Positions 49,332 to 58,677 of a stretch of 64,000 bases of DNA are shown here, in pieces. A program made the position numbers and the translations under genes. Each line of letters begins with the position of its first letter. The first letter of the stretch is position 1. The notes beneath the pieces were generated by a model, which worked only from the letters and a program-made list of their open reading frames with translations, made no database searches and was not told the DNA's origin. The stretch spans positions 63,397-127,396 of the IMG/VR virus record IMGVR_UViG_3300035670_000044. The stretch is one strand, 5' to 3'. The DNA comes from a virus.

Positions 49332-51107
49332 GTGGCGGAATTTCCCCCAATCTCTGAGAATTTTACCCCCACCGTATCTTCTCCCGAAGTGTCGTGGGAA
49401 AGCGCCTTAACAACCCCGGTCCAGGGATATGTGGATACCGATGTTTCCGGGTCCTTTGACTCAGATACTTCCGATGAACCCTATGCGTTCCCGTCAGTCA
49501 GCGGGGCCGCCGTCTCTGTAGAACAAAGCCTTAGAAAAATCTCCTTCGTTCCGGGTACATCGGGGCAGATGTCATCGGCCATCGCATATATCCGTTACTG
49601 GTCCCGTAGGGGTACACAACAGAAGACAGCCGTGAGGGACAATCCCGTAAACGGGGCCGTCTCCGACCCTCAAGACGCCCTTCTGAGCCAGATAAACGCC
49701 CTGTCGTATGGCACCGATCTGGACCTGGGGCTCTCAATCCAGCCTCCCTCGCAACCAGGACCGGCGCTGACCATTCCCACTAACACGGCGTACCAGAGTC
49801 GCCCCAGGCAACCCGTGCCGACTCCCACCTCCCCCGCCGGCCCGTCATCCCTAAACCGTCTCGGATCGATCTTCAGCGCCAATCCGGGGGGAGTGACGGC
49901 CCCGGCCTGGGCCAACCCGTTCGCCTCCCAACCAGCCTCCCCGTCACCCGACAACGCCGTCTGGCAGTTTCTATTCAACCCGGAGGAGTTACAACTATCG
50001 TCGGGTCCGGACTTCAACCGGGCTGAGACTTGGGGCGTGTCGGACCCCGCCAATAGCGGCCAGCCGTTATCTTGGCGCAGTAATAAGAACCGCAAGCTGA
50101 CATTCGGCAAAGTGCTGTTGCACGGGTATACGTTTGGGCGGAGAGTCGATAGCCTTGAAAAGGGCCTGCAGCAGTTGTTTCTCGCTCGGGATGGAGAAAA
50201 TGGGGCTGACGGTCCTCCGGTCCTCGAGTTCGTGTGGGGTCAGCGCGTATTCGGGCCCTGCGTAATCCAGAATATCCAAGTTCGGGAGAAAGCGTGGGAC
50301 AAAGGCCTTCTGGTCAATGCCGAGGTGTCCTTCGAACTGGAGCAAGTCCCGGAGTGGACCATTAATGACGAGTTTGTGGATGTGCTGAGGCCGGGACGAC
50401 AGTCAACGGTCAACGATCCGACAGTTGTGAGTCAAACCGCCCCTGGTGAAGGGAGTGTCGATGACGATGAGGAGAGAGAGCCACCAAAAACTGCCCCTGA
50501 AACCTCCCCACAGACAGGTTTAGACCCCACCCTTTGTAACTTTGCTGTTCAACAAAGTAAAATATTCCAAGGGTTGTTCAAAAGAGCTGATGCACTGCTA
50601 AAAATTACTTTTTTTGATCCGTCTTTGCTTACCCAAAAGTCCGAGTTAGATTCTGTCCTTAGGGGATTTTTAAACGCAAAATCTAATTTTTATTCAAGAT
50701 CACAAGAGGTGGGTAAATCTGTAGACTCTAAGTTAAATAACAACGGGTGCGTACGAAATAAATACCAAGATACAATCAGAAAAATTAACTCTGAGAGCGG
50801 CTCTGAAGATCAGAAAAAAGTACAAGCTTTAAAATTTGCACACGGTTGCATAAAGGAGACAAAACAGTATATTGATGACTGGCAACAAACATCTCCTAAA
50901 TGTAAAGCTCAGAGGGTATCTGGTCAACAGTTAAAAAAATTTAAGGAAAAACAGGCCAAATTAAATAAACAGTGCGAGCAGATTAAGCCGGGAAAATCTT
51001 GTTCTGGTTTTCCAAACCTTGGTGAAAGAACCCTGTCAAAATGCAATTCCGGAAAAACTCTGGTATGTGTCAGAAATACCTGGCAATTGAAGTACCCTAG
51101 GGGATAA
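49332..51107 (+). CDS. Tail tube initiator / contractile-system tube-like protein
   Basis: FLFNPEEL..PPVLEFVWG...FGPCVI..I.V....W..G....AEVSFELEQ. Confidence 0.75.
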   Translation: MAEFPPISENFTPTVSSPEVSWESALTTPVQGYVDTDVSGSFDSDTSDEPYAFPSVSGAAVSVEQSLRKISFVPGTSGQMSSAIAYIRYWSRRGTQQKTAVRDNPVNGAVSDPQDALLSQINALSYGTDLDLGLSIQPPSQPGPALTIPTNTAYQSRPRQPVPTPTSPAGPSSLNRLGSIFSANPGGVTAPAWANPFASQPASPSPDNAVWQFLFNPEELQLSSGPDFNRAETWGVSDPANSGQPLSWRSNKNRKLTFGKVLLHGYTFGRRVDSLEKGLQQLFLARDGENGADGPPVLEFVWGQRVFGPCVIQNIQVREKAWDKGLLVNAEVSFELEQVPEWTINDEFVDVLRPGRQSTVNDPTVVSQTAPGEGSVDDDEEREPPKTAPETSPQTGLDPTLCNFAVQQSKIFQGLFKRADALLKITFFDPSLLTQKSELDSVLRGFLNAKSNFYSRSQEVGKSVDSKLNNNGCVRNKYQDTIRKINSESGSEDQKKVQALKFAHGCIKETKQYIDDWQQTSPKCKAQRVSGQQLKKFKEKQAKLNKQCEQIKPGKSCSGFPNLGERTLSKCNSGKTLVCVRNTWQLKYPRG

Positions 51108-51114
51108 ATAAAAC

Positions 51115-54100
51115 ATGGCAATATCCAACCTCAATCTCAACGTAACGGCCAACACGGCCCGCGCCCTCGCCGACTTTAACAAGTTCTCGAGATCACTCGA
51201 CAATAAGTTCCTGGTTAGCGGACTGAAGCTTGATGTGGTCCGTAGCGCCCTCAGCCAGATCAACCGGGACTTCCAGCGGGCTATCGGTGAGCAAGGACTA
51301 GCGAGTGCCTCGTCTCTGCGGGCGGCCCAGAACCAAGCCGCGTTGTTGACCCAAACCTTTAAAGGTTTTGCGTCCGAGTCGGCGCTAGCCATCACCACCA
51401 ACATCGGCACTGCGTTGAACAAGGTGGCGGTGACCGCTGGCGGCACCATGAAAGACGTCCAGAAGACCTTGCTGGCGACCCCGTTCATATCGACTCGCCT
51501 CAGCGAAGATGTCCATCTTGGATTGAGCAAGGGGGTACTGGACTTCCAGAAAAATATTCGCCGGGCCGGACTGGGTGATAACTTTGGCGGTGTAGCTCAG
51601 CAATTCCTTATGGGGACCAGGACCACCATGCAAATGGTGCAGTCTGGCAATCCGCTCGAGATGTTCCTGGGGTCCGAGCTAATCAAGCGTGGTGCGGGTG
51701 TAGGGGAGATTGCTAATCCGGAGATACGCAGCAAGCTCCTCAACATGATTGTTGGGGACAAGGATCTGGCCGACCAGCTCGAGATTGCTGCGAGACGGGC
51801 AGCAGGTTTCCGGATCATTCTGGAGGATATGAATTCCAGGCTGTTTAACCCGGAGTCCGGAGTATTTGGGTCGTTGAGGAAGGTTGTGGATTCGGCCGGG
51901 AAATCCACCACGATGTTTGATGAGGTAGAGAAGTTAGTCGGGCAGGTTTTTGGTGACAACGGCCTGTTCGCCACCCTAGTCAAGTCGTTCCGATCCGTGT
52001 TCGGCTCTGGAGACCCGATGAGGCCGTTTATCGACGGGGTCCAGTTCATGACCCGGATCTTTAAGTCGATTACCGATTACTTTAATACGCCGGGGTTCAA
52101 GGCCGTACTCGGGTACGTCAAGGACATCGTCGACCGGGTCACCAGTGTGTTTACCGGCATTTATCAGCAGATAAGGAGTGGTGGGTTCAACGCAGTAGAT
52201 ATTACCCGCACCATTGGGGAGATCGGGAACTCGATACGTGGGTATATCCGCCAATTCGGTGAAGCCATTCGGAACAAGAATGTGTCGGGAGAGAGTGGAT
52301 TTGCGGGAGATATCCTCGGGACGTTGGTCGAGGAGGTAGGCCGCACCGCAGTAGTCCTCATCAAAGAGCTGTTGATGACCCTGGTGGACAAGGTGCCGGA
52401 AATTGCCACGGCCGTGTTGCCATCTATCAACAAAGGTATCAATGCCATGTTTACCGAGATCTTCGGAAACGGGTTGGTTGGTAAAGTGGTCAAGATGGTC
52501 CTAGGATTTGTTCCCGGCCCGATTGGTATGATTGCCAGGGCCAGCTCTGTTGGAGATGTAACAGGTGGGGGTGGTAATATCCTAAGCATGCTGGCGATGG
52601 GTGCCGGCGCCCTGCTGGGTCCTGGGGCGATGTTGGGACTCGGTCGTGGTGCTATGGGGGCAGGGACATTCGCCAGACAAGTCTCTTCTCAGAGGGGGAG
52701 ATTCTCACTGCTAAACGCCATGGGAGATAGGGCGTACGGGTTTGAGACCAACCTGAACCGCCGCCTGTTCCTAGATGACCCCCTGACTGGTGCAAATAGG
52801 TTTAGCCCGCTCTCGAGGGGGATTGTAGATCGGCTATCCGGCAGGATTCGTCCCTCCACCTCCTTCGCATCGGTAAACCCTAATTTCTACTCCTCATCCC
52901 AAAATCCAAATTTTTTCCCCTCGTCTATAAATCCCCTTTACGGGCCCTCTTCTATACTCCCACCCAGATCCCCTTGGCATGATAGGATAAGACTTCCGGG
53001 GTACCAGGTAGGAGGTCCATCTTCTGAGCTGGGCAGGATAACTCCTGAGTCTAGCATGTTTAACCCCATGTTTGGCGGATACATGACTCCCCAGGAGAAA
53101 TTTATGCGTGGGGAAAAACTGAGAAGGGACTCCCTTATCAGGAGAGGAATGATTAATGTTCCAGAAAGGATTGGTGGAAGATTCTCCATATTGGGTAGAA
53201 TAACTAGGGAATCCAGCATGTTTGTACCTAGAACCTCTAGCGGTCTACCTTCCCCACGAGGTAGAGGGGTAACTCAATACACAGGGGTTATTGGTCCTCA
53301 GCCACATAATTACGATTGGGCTTATGCCCCTGACTATGGAGGAGTAGGGGGAGGAGGTGACTATGCCCCATTCATAGAGTCCTCGTCAATTACACCGCGA
53401 GAAAGACTCACCAGTGCCAGGTCCCGAATAGGCAGAAGGTTTGGAACTGCAGCCCTGATCGGGGGGACTTTAGCTGCTGTTCTGGGGACTTCGGCACAAG
53501 CTTCTACTGGGGCAGGGGGGATCGATAGCACTTCCATGATTCAAAATCTCCTGATGTCTGGGGGAGGTGCCGCAATGGCTTTTGGCCCGTGGGGTGCGGC
53601 TATTGGTGGCATTATGATGGCCGGTTCTGCGTTGATGGACAAGGGTGTCCGGGATGGGGTCGGAACATTCATCTCCGGTCTAGGGAATACAATGAAGGCG
53701 TTTGGAGCCGGGATTGTCACCGGCATAACCGAATTTGGGAACGGCCTGCTCTCGGCCCTGAGCTCACTCCCCAAAATGGCATCGGGCGTGATGCAAGCTA
53801 TTTACAACACACTCCCGCCCCCAATCAAAGCTGGTGTGGGGTTCTTAAATACCGCGTGGAGTGGCGTTACTGGATTCGTATCCCGACTCAACATCCCAAG
53901 TCCGTTCTATGCCGGCAAAGACTATGCCGGTCCGGCCATGGCCCTCGAGGCCCGGATGAGTGGTCGCCGCCCCATGGTTGTTAACGATGGGGAGTTTGTC
54001 ATTCCCCGCGACGGATTCCCGACACTAGCCGGCTTAGTTGGCGATAACCTCCGGAGTACCGGAGCCATGAACCACGGTACTTCCCAGCCGATCCAGGTCA

Positions 54101-54249
54101 ATGTCACCCTTGCCATCACCACTCACTCCGTTGTAGCCGATCCCAACGAGCTGGCCAACGCTCTCCGAGACCCCGTGTACAAGATTATCGGCGAGGCATG
54201 GGATGAAGCGTACAACTCCACCAGGATCCACCGAGCCAAAGTAAGCTAA
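51115..54249 (+). CDS. Tape measure protein
   Basis: 1044 aa helical, A/G/L-rich; LNVTANT.RA start, TM-like stretches, GEFVIP near the C-terminus. Confidence 0.8.
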   Translation: MAISNLNLNVTANTARALADFNKFSRSLDNKFLVSGLKLDVVRSALSQINRDFQRAIGEQGLASASSLRAAQNQAALLTQTFKGFASESALAITTNIGTALNKVAVTAGGTMKDVQKTLLATPFISTRLSEDVHLGLSKGVLDFQKNIRRAGLGDNFGGVAQQFLMGTRTTMQMVQSGNPLEMFLGSELIKRGAGVGEIANPEIRSKLLNMIVGDKDLADQLEIAARRAAGFRIILEDMNSRLFNPESGVFGSLRKVVDSAGKSTTMFDEVEKLVGQVFGDNGLFATLVKSFRSVFGSGDPMRPFIDGVQFMTRIFKSITDYFNTPGFKAVLGYVKDIVDRVTSVFTGIYQQIRSGGFNAVDITRTIGEIGNSIRGYIRQFGEAIRNKNVSGESGFAGDILGTLVEEVGRTAVVLIKELLMTLVDKVPEIATAVLPSINKGINAMFTEIFGNGLVGKVVKMVLGFVPGPIGMIARASSVGDVTGGGGNILSMLAMGAGALLGPGAMLGLGRGAMGAGTFARQVSSQRGRFSLLNAMGDRAYGFETNLNRRLFLDDPLTGANRFSPLSRGIVDRLSGRIRPSTSFASVNPNFYSSSQNPNFFPSSINPLYGPSSILPPRSPWHDRIRLPGYQVGGPSSELGRITPESSMFNPMFGGYMTPQEKFMRGEKLRRDSLIRRGMINVPERIGGRFSILGRITRESSMFVPRTSSGLPSPRGRGVTQYTGVIGPQPHNYDWAYAPDYGGVGGGGDYAPFIESSSITPRERLTSARSRIGRRFGTAALIGGTLAAVLGTSAQASTGAGGIDSTSMIQNLLMSGGGAAMAFGPWGAAIGGIMMAGSALMDKGVRDGVGTFISGLGNTMKAFGAGIVTGITEFGNGLLSALSSLPKMASGVMQAIYNTLPPPIKAGVGFLNTAWSGVTGFVSRLNIPSPFYAGKDYAGPAMALEARMSGRRPMVVNDGEFVIPRDGFPTLAGLVGDNLRSTGAMNHGTSQPIQVNVTLAITTHSVVADPNELANALRDPVYKIIGEAWDEAYNSTRIHRAKVS

Positions 54250-54258
54250 CCCTGCCCC

Positions 54259-54801
54259 ATGGCCAACCTAGTAAACAGCATCCAGACCATTCCCAACCAA
54301 ATCGATACGGCTGAACTGGCTCGGATCAAAAATCAATTCAGGTTGCGAGACCGCAGCAACTCCGATCTGTCCGGATCTATTCGGGCCGATCGAAGCAATC
54401 CGGTCCGGGTATTCGATACCCTGGCCACACCAGCCTCGCTGGAGTCCACCACCCTCCGAGGGCTTAGCTACCCACTCGAGCTCGACGGGAACGGAGGCCT
54501 TAAAGTCTCGTACGGCATCGACCGCATCGCCCAGGCCATTCGCGAGGTGTTCGAAACCCGGATCGGTGAACGAGTAGCCAACCCGTTTATTGGGGTGCGT
54601 GAGTTGTTGTTCGAAACCATCAGCGAGGATGCCGAAGCCCAATCGATTAAACGCCAGCTACTATCGGCTATCCCTTACCTCCGTCCGGAGAACCTCTCAG
54701 TCTCGATGTCGATTGAGGAGTCAGGCACATGCTACATCGTGTGCCGATATGCCGCCGAAGGTATTAGCGAAGTCCTGGTAAGGTATAACTTCAGCGCGTA
54801 G
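54259..54801 (+). CDS. gp25/gpW-like baseplate wedge protein
   Basis: GLSYPL..I.QAI..V.ETRIGERV..P..G....LFE. Confidence 0.88.
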   Translation: MANLVNSIQTIPNQIDTAELARIKNQFRLRDRSNSDLSGSIRADRSNPVRVFDTLATPASLESTTLRGLSYPLELDGNGGLKVSYGIDRIAQAIREVFETRIGERVANPFIGVRELLFETISEDAEAQSIKRQLLSAIPYLRPENLSVSMSIEESGTCYIVCRYAAEGISEVLVRYNFSA

Positions 54802-54810
54802 CCCAATCCC

Positions 54811-54827
54811 GTTGAAAGCCCTATATG
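54811..54827 (+). promoter_or_regulatory. Putative late promoter, leaderless
   Basis: GTTGAAAGC-CCTA-T-ATG; the A of ATG occupies the conserved A of TAGA. Confidence 0.7.
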
Positions 54828-55262
54828 GGTAAGTCACTCTCTCGGCTTAAAGATTTCTCCTCCTTTGGTCTCGACACCCAAGAGATGATTTTGTCTCAGC
54901 TCAGCTCCATAGAGCTGGACCGTATTGGCCCTAAGTCCATCGCGACTGTGGGCAAAAGCTTAATCAAAATTATCGCTCAGAGTCATCGATACCAGGAGGA
55001 ATCTGACAATGATGAGGTCCGGGAGAATTGGCTGGCTGTTCGGGAGATGAGTCTGGATATCCTCGAGTCGATTCTGGCCCGGTTCCAGGAGCTTAGTGAC
55101 AATGCTGAAATCGCCGAGTGGGACAGGTCGGCCGTGCTCAGCCTCCTGGCCGACATTAGCAAGGTGTGTCATGATGAGCAGAAACGCACCGAGGAGCAGA
55201 TAAAGGCGGGGGCGGGCAAAGAGCTCAGCACCGAGCTGTTGAACGAAATCCTAGGAATTTAA
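54825..55262 (+). CDS. Hypothetical helical late protein
   Basis: 145 aa ORF. Confidence 0.6.
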   Translation: MGKSLSRLKDFSSFGLDTQEMILSQLSSIELDRIGPKSIATVGKSLIKIIAQSHRYQEESDNDEVRENWLAVREMSLDILESILARFQELSDNAEIAEWDRSAVLSLLADISKVCHDEQKRTEEQIKAGAGKELSTELLNEILGI

Positions 55263-55266
55263 CACC

Positions 55267-55476
55267 ATGATGAATATCGATCAGGCTCGAGCTGCAGACC
55301 CGGTAGTGAAAATGGCCGACGCCGGAATCTCAATCCTCGACCCCAAGAAGCCCAAGAAGCACAAGGAACGAGAGGATGTGTCCGAGGCCCCCGGTGTAAC
55401 CGAGCCGGTGTTCCAGGCCGAGGAGAGCAATTTGAATATTGAGATCCCGCAGGGTTGGAAGGTTTCCGGGCGTTGA
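55267..55476 (+). CDS. Small hypothetical protein ending in IEIPQGWKV
   Basis: 69 aa; its stop codon is the TGA of the next late motif. Confidence 0.55.
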   Translation: MMNIDQARAADPVVKMADAGISILDPKKPKKHKEREDVSEAPGVTEPVFQAEESNLNIEIPQGWKVSGR

Positions 55477-55488
55477 AAGCAAGATAGA
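55472..55488 (+). promoter_or_regulatory. Putative late promoter
   Basis: GTTGAAAGCAAGATAGA. Confidence 0.75.
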
Positions 55489-55502
55489 GACTAAGTACCG
55501 CC

Positions 55503-57308
55503 GTGGATTTCCAAGACCAGCCCAAACCAGAAAAAGTTGCCCGTAACCCGAACAACTTCAATATCCTGAAGGGTGGAAAGGTTGATCCGCGCTCCAAGTT
55601 GTATCAGAGGTCGGTTGCTGGACGCGAACAACTTAAGGATTACCTGAGCAGGTTGTCCAACAGTGGCATGGATGAGGCTGATGTGTTCATGTCTGGCGTT
55701 AAGAGCCTGATGAACCGGGGTCACGGTTACGTCGGAGCGTACCTGGATAGCAAGAACCCGGGACGTCGGTACGAAAAGAACCAGGCCATGGCCATCACCG
55801 ACAAAGTGATGACTGATGAGGGGATTGGCGAACATCCTGGTGCCAGGTTGACGCGACCGAAGGTCAAAGACGAGGATGGCAATATCGATAAAGAGGCCAC
55901 GAAGGAGGCCAAGGCTAAAAGAAAAGAGGCCAATGCTGGGCGCGGATTCGGTCCCCAGCAGGCTCCCGGACCCTCAGCTAAACCGGTAGGTCAGCAACGC
56001 AAAGAGGGAAAGCGCGAGAGCACGGGACAGGCCCTGGAAGATAGCCGTCGAGATGGTGTAGGTGACAAAGACACAGGTCCGGTTTCGGAGTGGCAAAACA
56101 CCCTCAAGAGTAGACTGGAGGGTGAGGCTACCACTCAGGACGTGTTGTCCGCATTCCAGAAACAATATCAGAGCCAGATTGGTGGTAAGAAGAAAGCCGC
56201 TCCGGGTGGAGCAGCTCCTAGCCCCAGCGGGGCTCCGGGAAGTGCAGCACAGCCCCCGGCCGAAGAGTCTGCTACCCCTGAGGAAGAAACGGAAGAGACC
56301 GGAAAACCCTCGGCTGATGGGGTTACCATCTCGAGTAAGTTTAAAGAACTGGTTGAGGATAATATCAAGAGCAATCTTCCCTCAACTGACAAAAATGCAC
56401 TTGAGAGTAGTATCCAAGAAGCCATAGAAATCCTGGAAGATGACTATGATGTGGATCCGGAAGTTGCCAGAGCTGCGATATTTAGGAGGTTCAATAATAA
56501 GCTAATTGGTGGGAGAAAAATTGTTTTTGACCCGTCTTCCGCACCAGAGGCTTCTGGCCCTAAGGGGCCCGGACAGCAAGAGTCTGCGGCCCCTACCGCT
56601 GCGCCGGAGTCTAAGACCCCACAATCCGGACAGCAGGAGGCTGCGGCACCACAAGGTGGCGGTCAAGAGGCCCAGGCTCCGGCCTCTGCGGCACCTGAGA
56701 AACCCAAAGGTGGCCTCAATATCCCCAAACAACCTGCTCGCAAGGGTGGTGGTGGATTCACCACCGAAGTCGGTAAGCAGGCCATCGACACCATCCGCCA
56801 AGCCGTATCTGAAGGCAAGAGCAAGGGGGAGGTTGTCGAACAATTCAAGCAGGGCACTCTGTTCCCAGGAGGTCTAGTCACCGACACCGCCCAAACCAAC
56901 CCGCTGGAGGGAGGTAGCACACCGGCAAGTCCGGCTTCCCCTGGAGCCCCCCAGACCCAGGAGGAGAGAGGTGGCAGCCTTCTCGATAAGCAAGGCCAGG
57001 CTAAGGACTTCCGCAAGTCTGGCCCTCAACCTACAGGCGGTGGAACTGCCAGACAGCTTCCGCTTTCCCTAGGTAGAGATAATAGCGCCGCCAAGTTAAG
57101 GGGTAGAGCCGATGTTGAAAAGAGGCGCCTGGCGAAACAAGAAAAATCCCTCGGTAAGCCTAGCCCTCGTCCCCGCAAATCAGGGAAATCCCCCGTCCAG
57201 CCCGAGCTATTTACAAAGTCCGGCAACCCCCGTAAATTCAATACGTCAGAGATGAGTAGCATGTCCTATGATGAGTTCTCTCAGTCCGTACGCTCCATGA
57301 TGCGGTAA
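55503..57308 (+). CDS. Low-complexity, probably disordered late protein (possible internal head protein)
   Basis: 601 aa, rich in G/A/P/Q/E/K/S. Confidence 0.6.
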   Translation: MDFQDQPKPEKVARNPNNFNILKGGKVDPRSKLYQRSVAGREQLKDYLSRLSNSGMDEADVFMSGVKSLMNRGHGYVGAYLDSKNPGRRYEKNQAMAITDKVMTDEGIGEHPGARLTRPKVKDEDGNIDKEATKEAKAKRKEANAGRGFGPQQAPGPSAKPVGQQRKEGKRESTGQALEDSRRDGVGDKDTGPVSEWQNTLKSRLEGEATTQDVLSAFQKQYQSQIGGKKKAAPGGAAPSPSGAPGSAAQPPAEESATPEEETEETGKPSADGVTISSKFKELVEDNIKSNLPSTDKNALESSIQEAIEILEDDYDVDPEVARAAIFRRFNNKLIGGRKIVFDPSSAPEASGPKGPGQQESAAPTAAPESKTPQSGQQEAAAPQGGGQEAQAPASAAPEKPKGGLNIPKQPARKGGGGFTTEVGKQAIDTIRQAVSEGKSKGEVVEQFKQGTLFPGGLVTDTAQTNPLEGGSTPASPASPGAPQTQEERGGSLLDKQGQAKDFRKSGPQPTGGGTARQLPLSLGRDNSAAKLRGRADVEKRRLAKQEKSLGKPSPRPRKSGKSPVQPELFTKSGNPRKFNTSEMSSMSYDEFSQSVRSMMR

Positions 57309-57330
57309 ACTGTGTTATGATCGGGGGACT

Positions 57331-57948
57331 ATGAACACAGTTGTTTACCAGTGGTTGAGAAAAGAAGGAACCCCATACTATATTGGAATTGGTAATCCTA
57401 GGAGGCCTTACAGAGGCAGAAGACTCTGTGGTTGCCCTCCTCCGAGGGATAGGATCGTTATCCTGCATGAGCATCTTGAGTGGGAGGAGGCTTGTAGAAT
57501 TGAAAAAGAACTTATTGCTTTTTACGGAAGGAAGGACCTCGGGACAGGTATCTTACGTAACCTGACTGATGGAGGAGAAGGTATTGTTAACCTTTCTGAA
57601 AAGTCCAAGGGAAAAATATCCAAAGCTAACTCAGGAAAGAATCACCCTTTCTTTGGTAAAGAACGTCCTGAGGAGACTAAAAAGAAGATATCGGATATGC
57701 ACAAAGGTAAAAAATTATCGGAAGAGACTAAGAAAAAGCTATCAGAAGCCGGGATAGGAGAAAAAAGCCATAATCGTATCCCAAGAGACTGGTGGCACCC
57801 GGTTCACGGAACGGTTTTACAAAAATCAGCGTCTGAGTTGGCAAGATTATTTCCAGAGCAAAAGCTCAATAGGGGCCATTTGGCAGAAGTTGCTAGAGGG
57901 GGAGGAAAAAGGTTTCAACACAAAGGCTGGATATCGTTGAAAGCTTAG
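57331..57948 (+). mobile_element. Free-standing GIY-YIG-type homing endonuclease
   Basis: VYQWLR..GTPYYIG.G..R..EKELI.FYGRKD..LRNLTDGGEG, NUMOD3; TGTTATGAT at 57313-57321. Confidence 0.85.
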
Positions 57949-57952
57949 TATA
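57936..57952 (+). promoter_or_regulatory. Putative late promoter inside the endonuclease 3' end
   Basis: GTTGAAAGCTTAGTATA, 31 nt before ATG 57967. Confidence 0.7.
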
Positions 57953-57966
57953 CAGGATTGACCGAC

Positions 57967-58677
57967 ATGCCTCTCAAAGAAGGTACCTCCGAGGAGGTCA
58001 TTTCACACAACATTTCGAAACTGATGGAGGAAGGGACTCCGCAAAAACAGGCCATCGCCATGGCCCTACGCAGTGCAGGCAAATCCAAGTATGATGGATC
58101 AGAAGGCAAGGACCACGATGTCGATGGAAATATCGACTCGGATGACTGGAAGACGGCCCGGGACAAAGCCATTAAAAAAGGGATGTTGGAAGACGACGAG
58201 GACAAAAAAGGCTCGTATTGTGAGGAGGAAGACGATGGCGAGGGACAAATGGCACAGGGGGACCTCAGGTCGGCCGCCCGCAATGCCCTTCTCATTGACT
58301 CTCTAATCGACGAAAACTCAGATATCCCTGAGTGGGTTTCTAATAAACTAACCCTCGCCTCCGACTACCTCAACTCGGTCTCCCAGTACATGCAACATAC
58401 TGGTGAAGACCGTGATGCTATGTTCGCCGAGGAGATGCAAGGACCGGATCCGTGCTGGCGCGGGTATACAATGAGGGGTACGAAAAAGAAAGATGGAAAG
58501 GATGTGCCGAATTGTGTGAAAGCCGAGAGCTCGGACTCGGGGGAATGTGGTACGAATTATGCCGAAATCCGTGTACCCTCCGGGTGGAATGTTACAGAGT
58601 CTGGAGGAGTAGTAGGCCCTAAAATCACCAAATTCCAGCACCTCAGCGGCAACCAAGACAAAAGCAGTGCAGAGTAG
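57967..58677 (+). CDS. Modular late protein (cyanophage head-associated motifs)
   Basis: PLKEG.S...IS.NI..L..EG.PQKQAIAMAL; DHDVDGNIDSDD; EGQMA..PEWVSNKL.LASDYL; PCWRGY..G.KKK.GK.VPNCV. Confidence 0.7.
   Translation: MPLKEGTSEEVISHNISKLMEEGTPQKQAIAMALRSAGKSKYDGSEGKDHDVDGNIDSDDWKTARDKAIKKGMLEDDEDKKGSYCEEEDDGEGQMAQGDLRSAARNALLIDSLIDENSDIPEWVSNKLTLASDYLNSVSQYMQHTGEDRDAMFAEEMQGPDPCWRGYTMRGTKKKDGKDVPNCVKAESSDSGECGTNYAEIRVPSGWNVTESGGVVGPKITKFQHLSGNQDKSSAE

Noticed and set aside
24702-54801. Bacterial contractile injection system or tailocin locus
   Set aside because: Terminase, replication, RNR and lysis genes are interleaved and no host housekeeping genes are present, so this is a phage genome.
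3474-57944. GTTGAAAG resembles the 3' end of cyanobacterial CRISPR repeats (e.g. type V-K)
   Set aside because: Copies are single, 9 nt long and kilobases apart, with no repeat-spacer periodicity and no cas gene. Their fixed position before start codons fits a promoter better.
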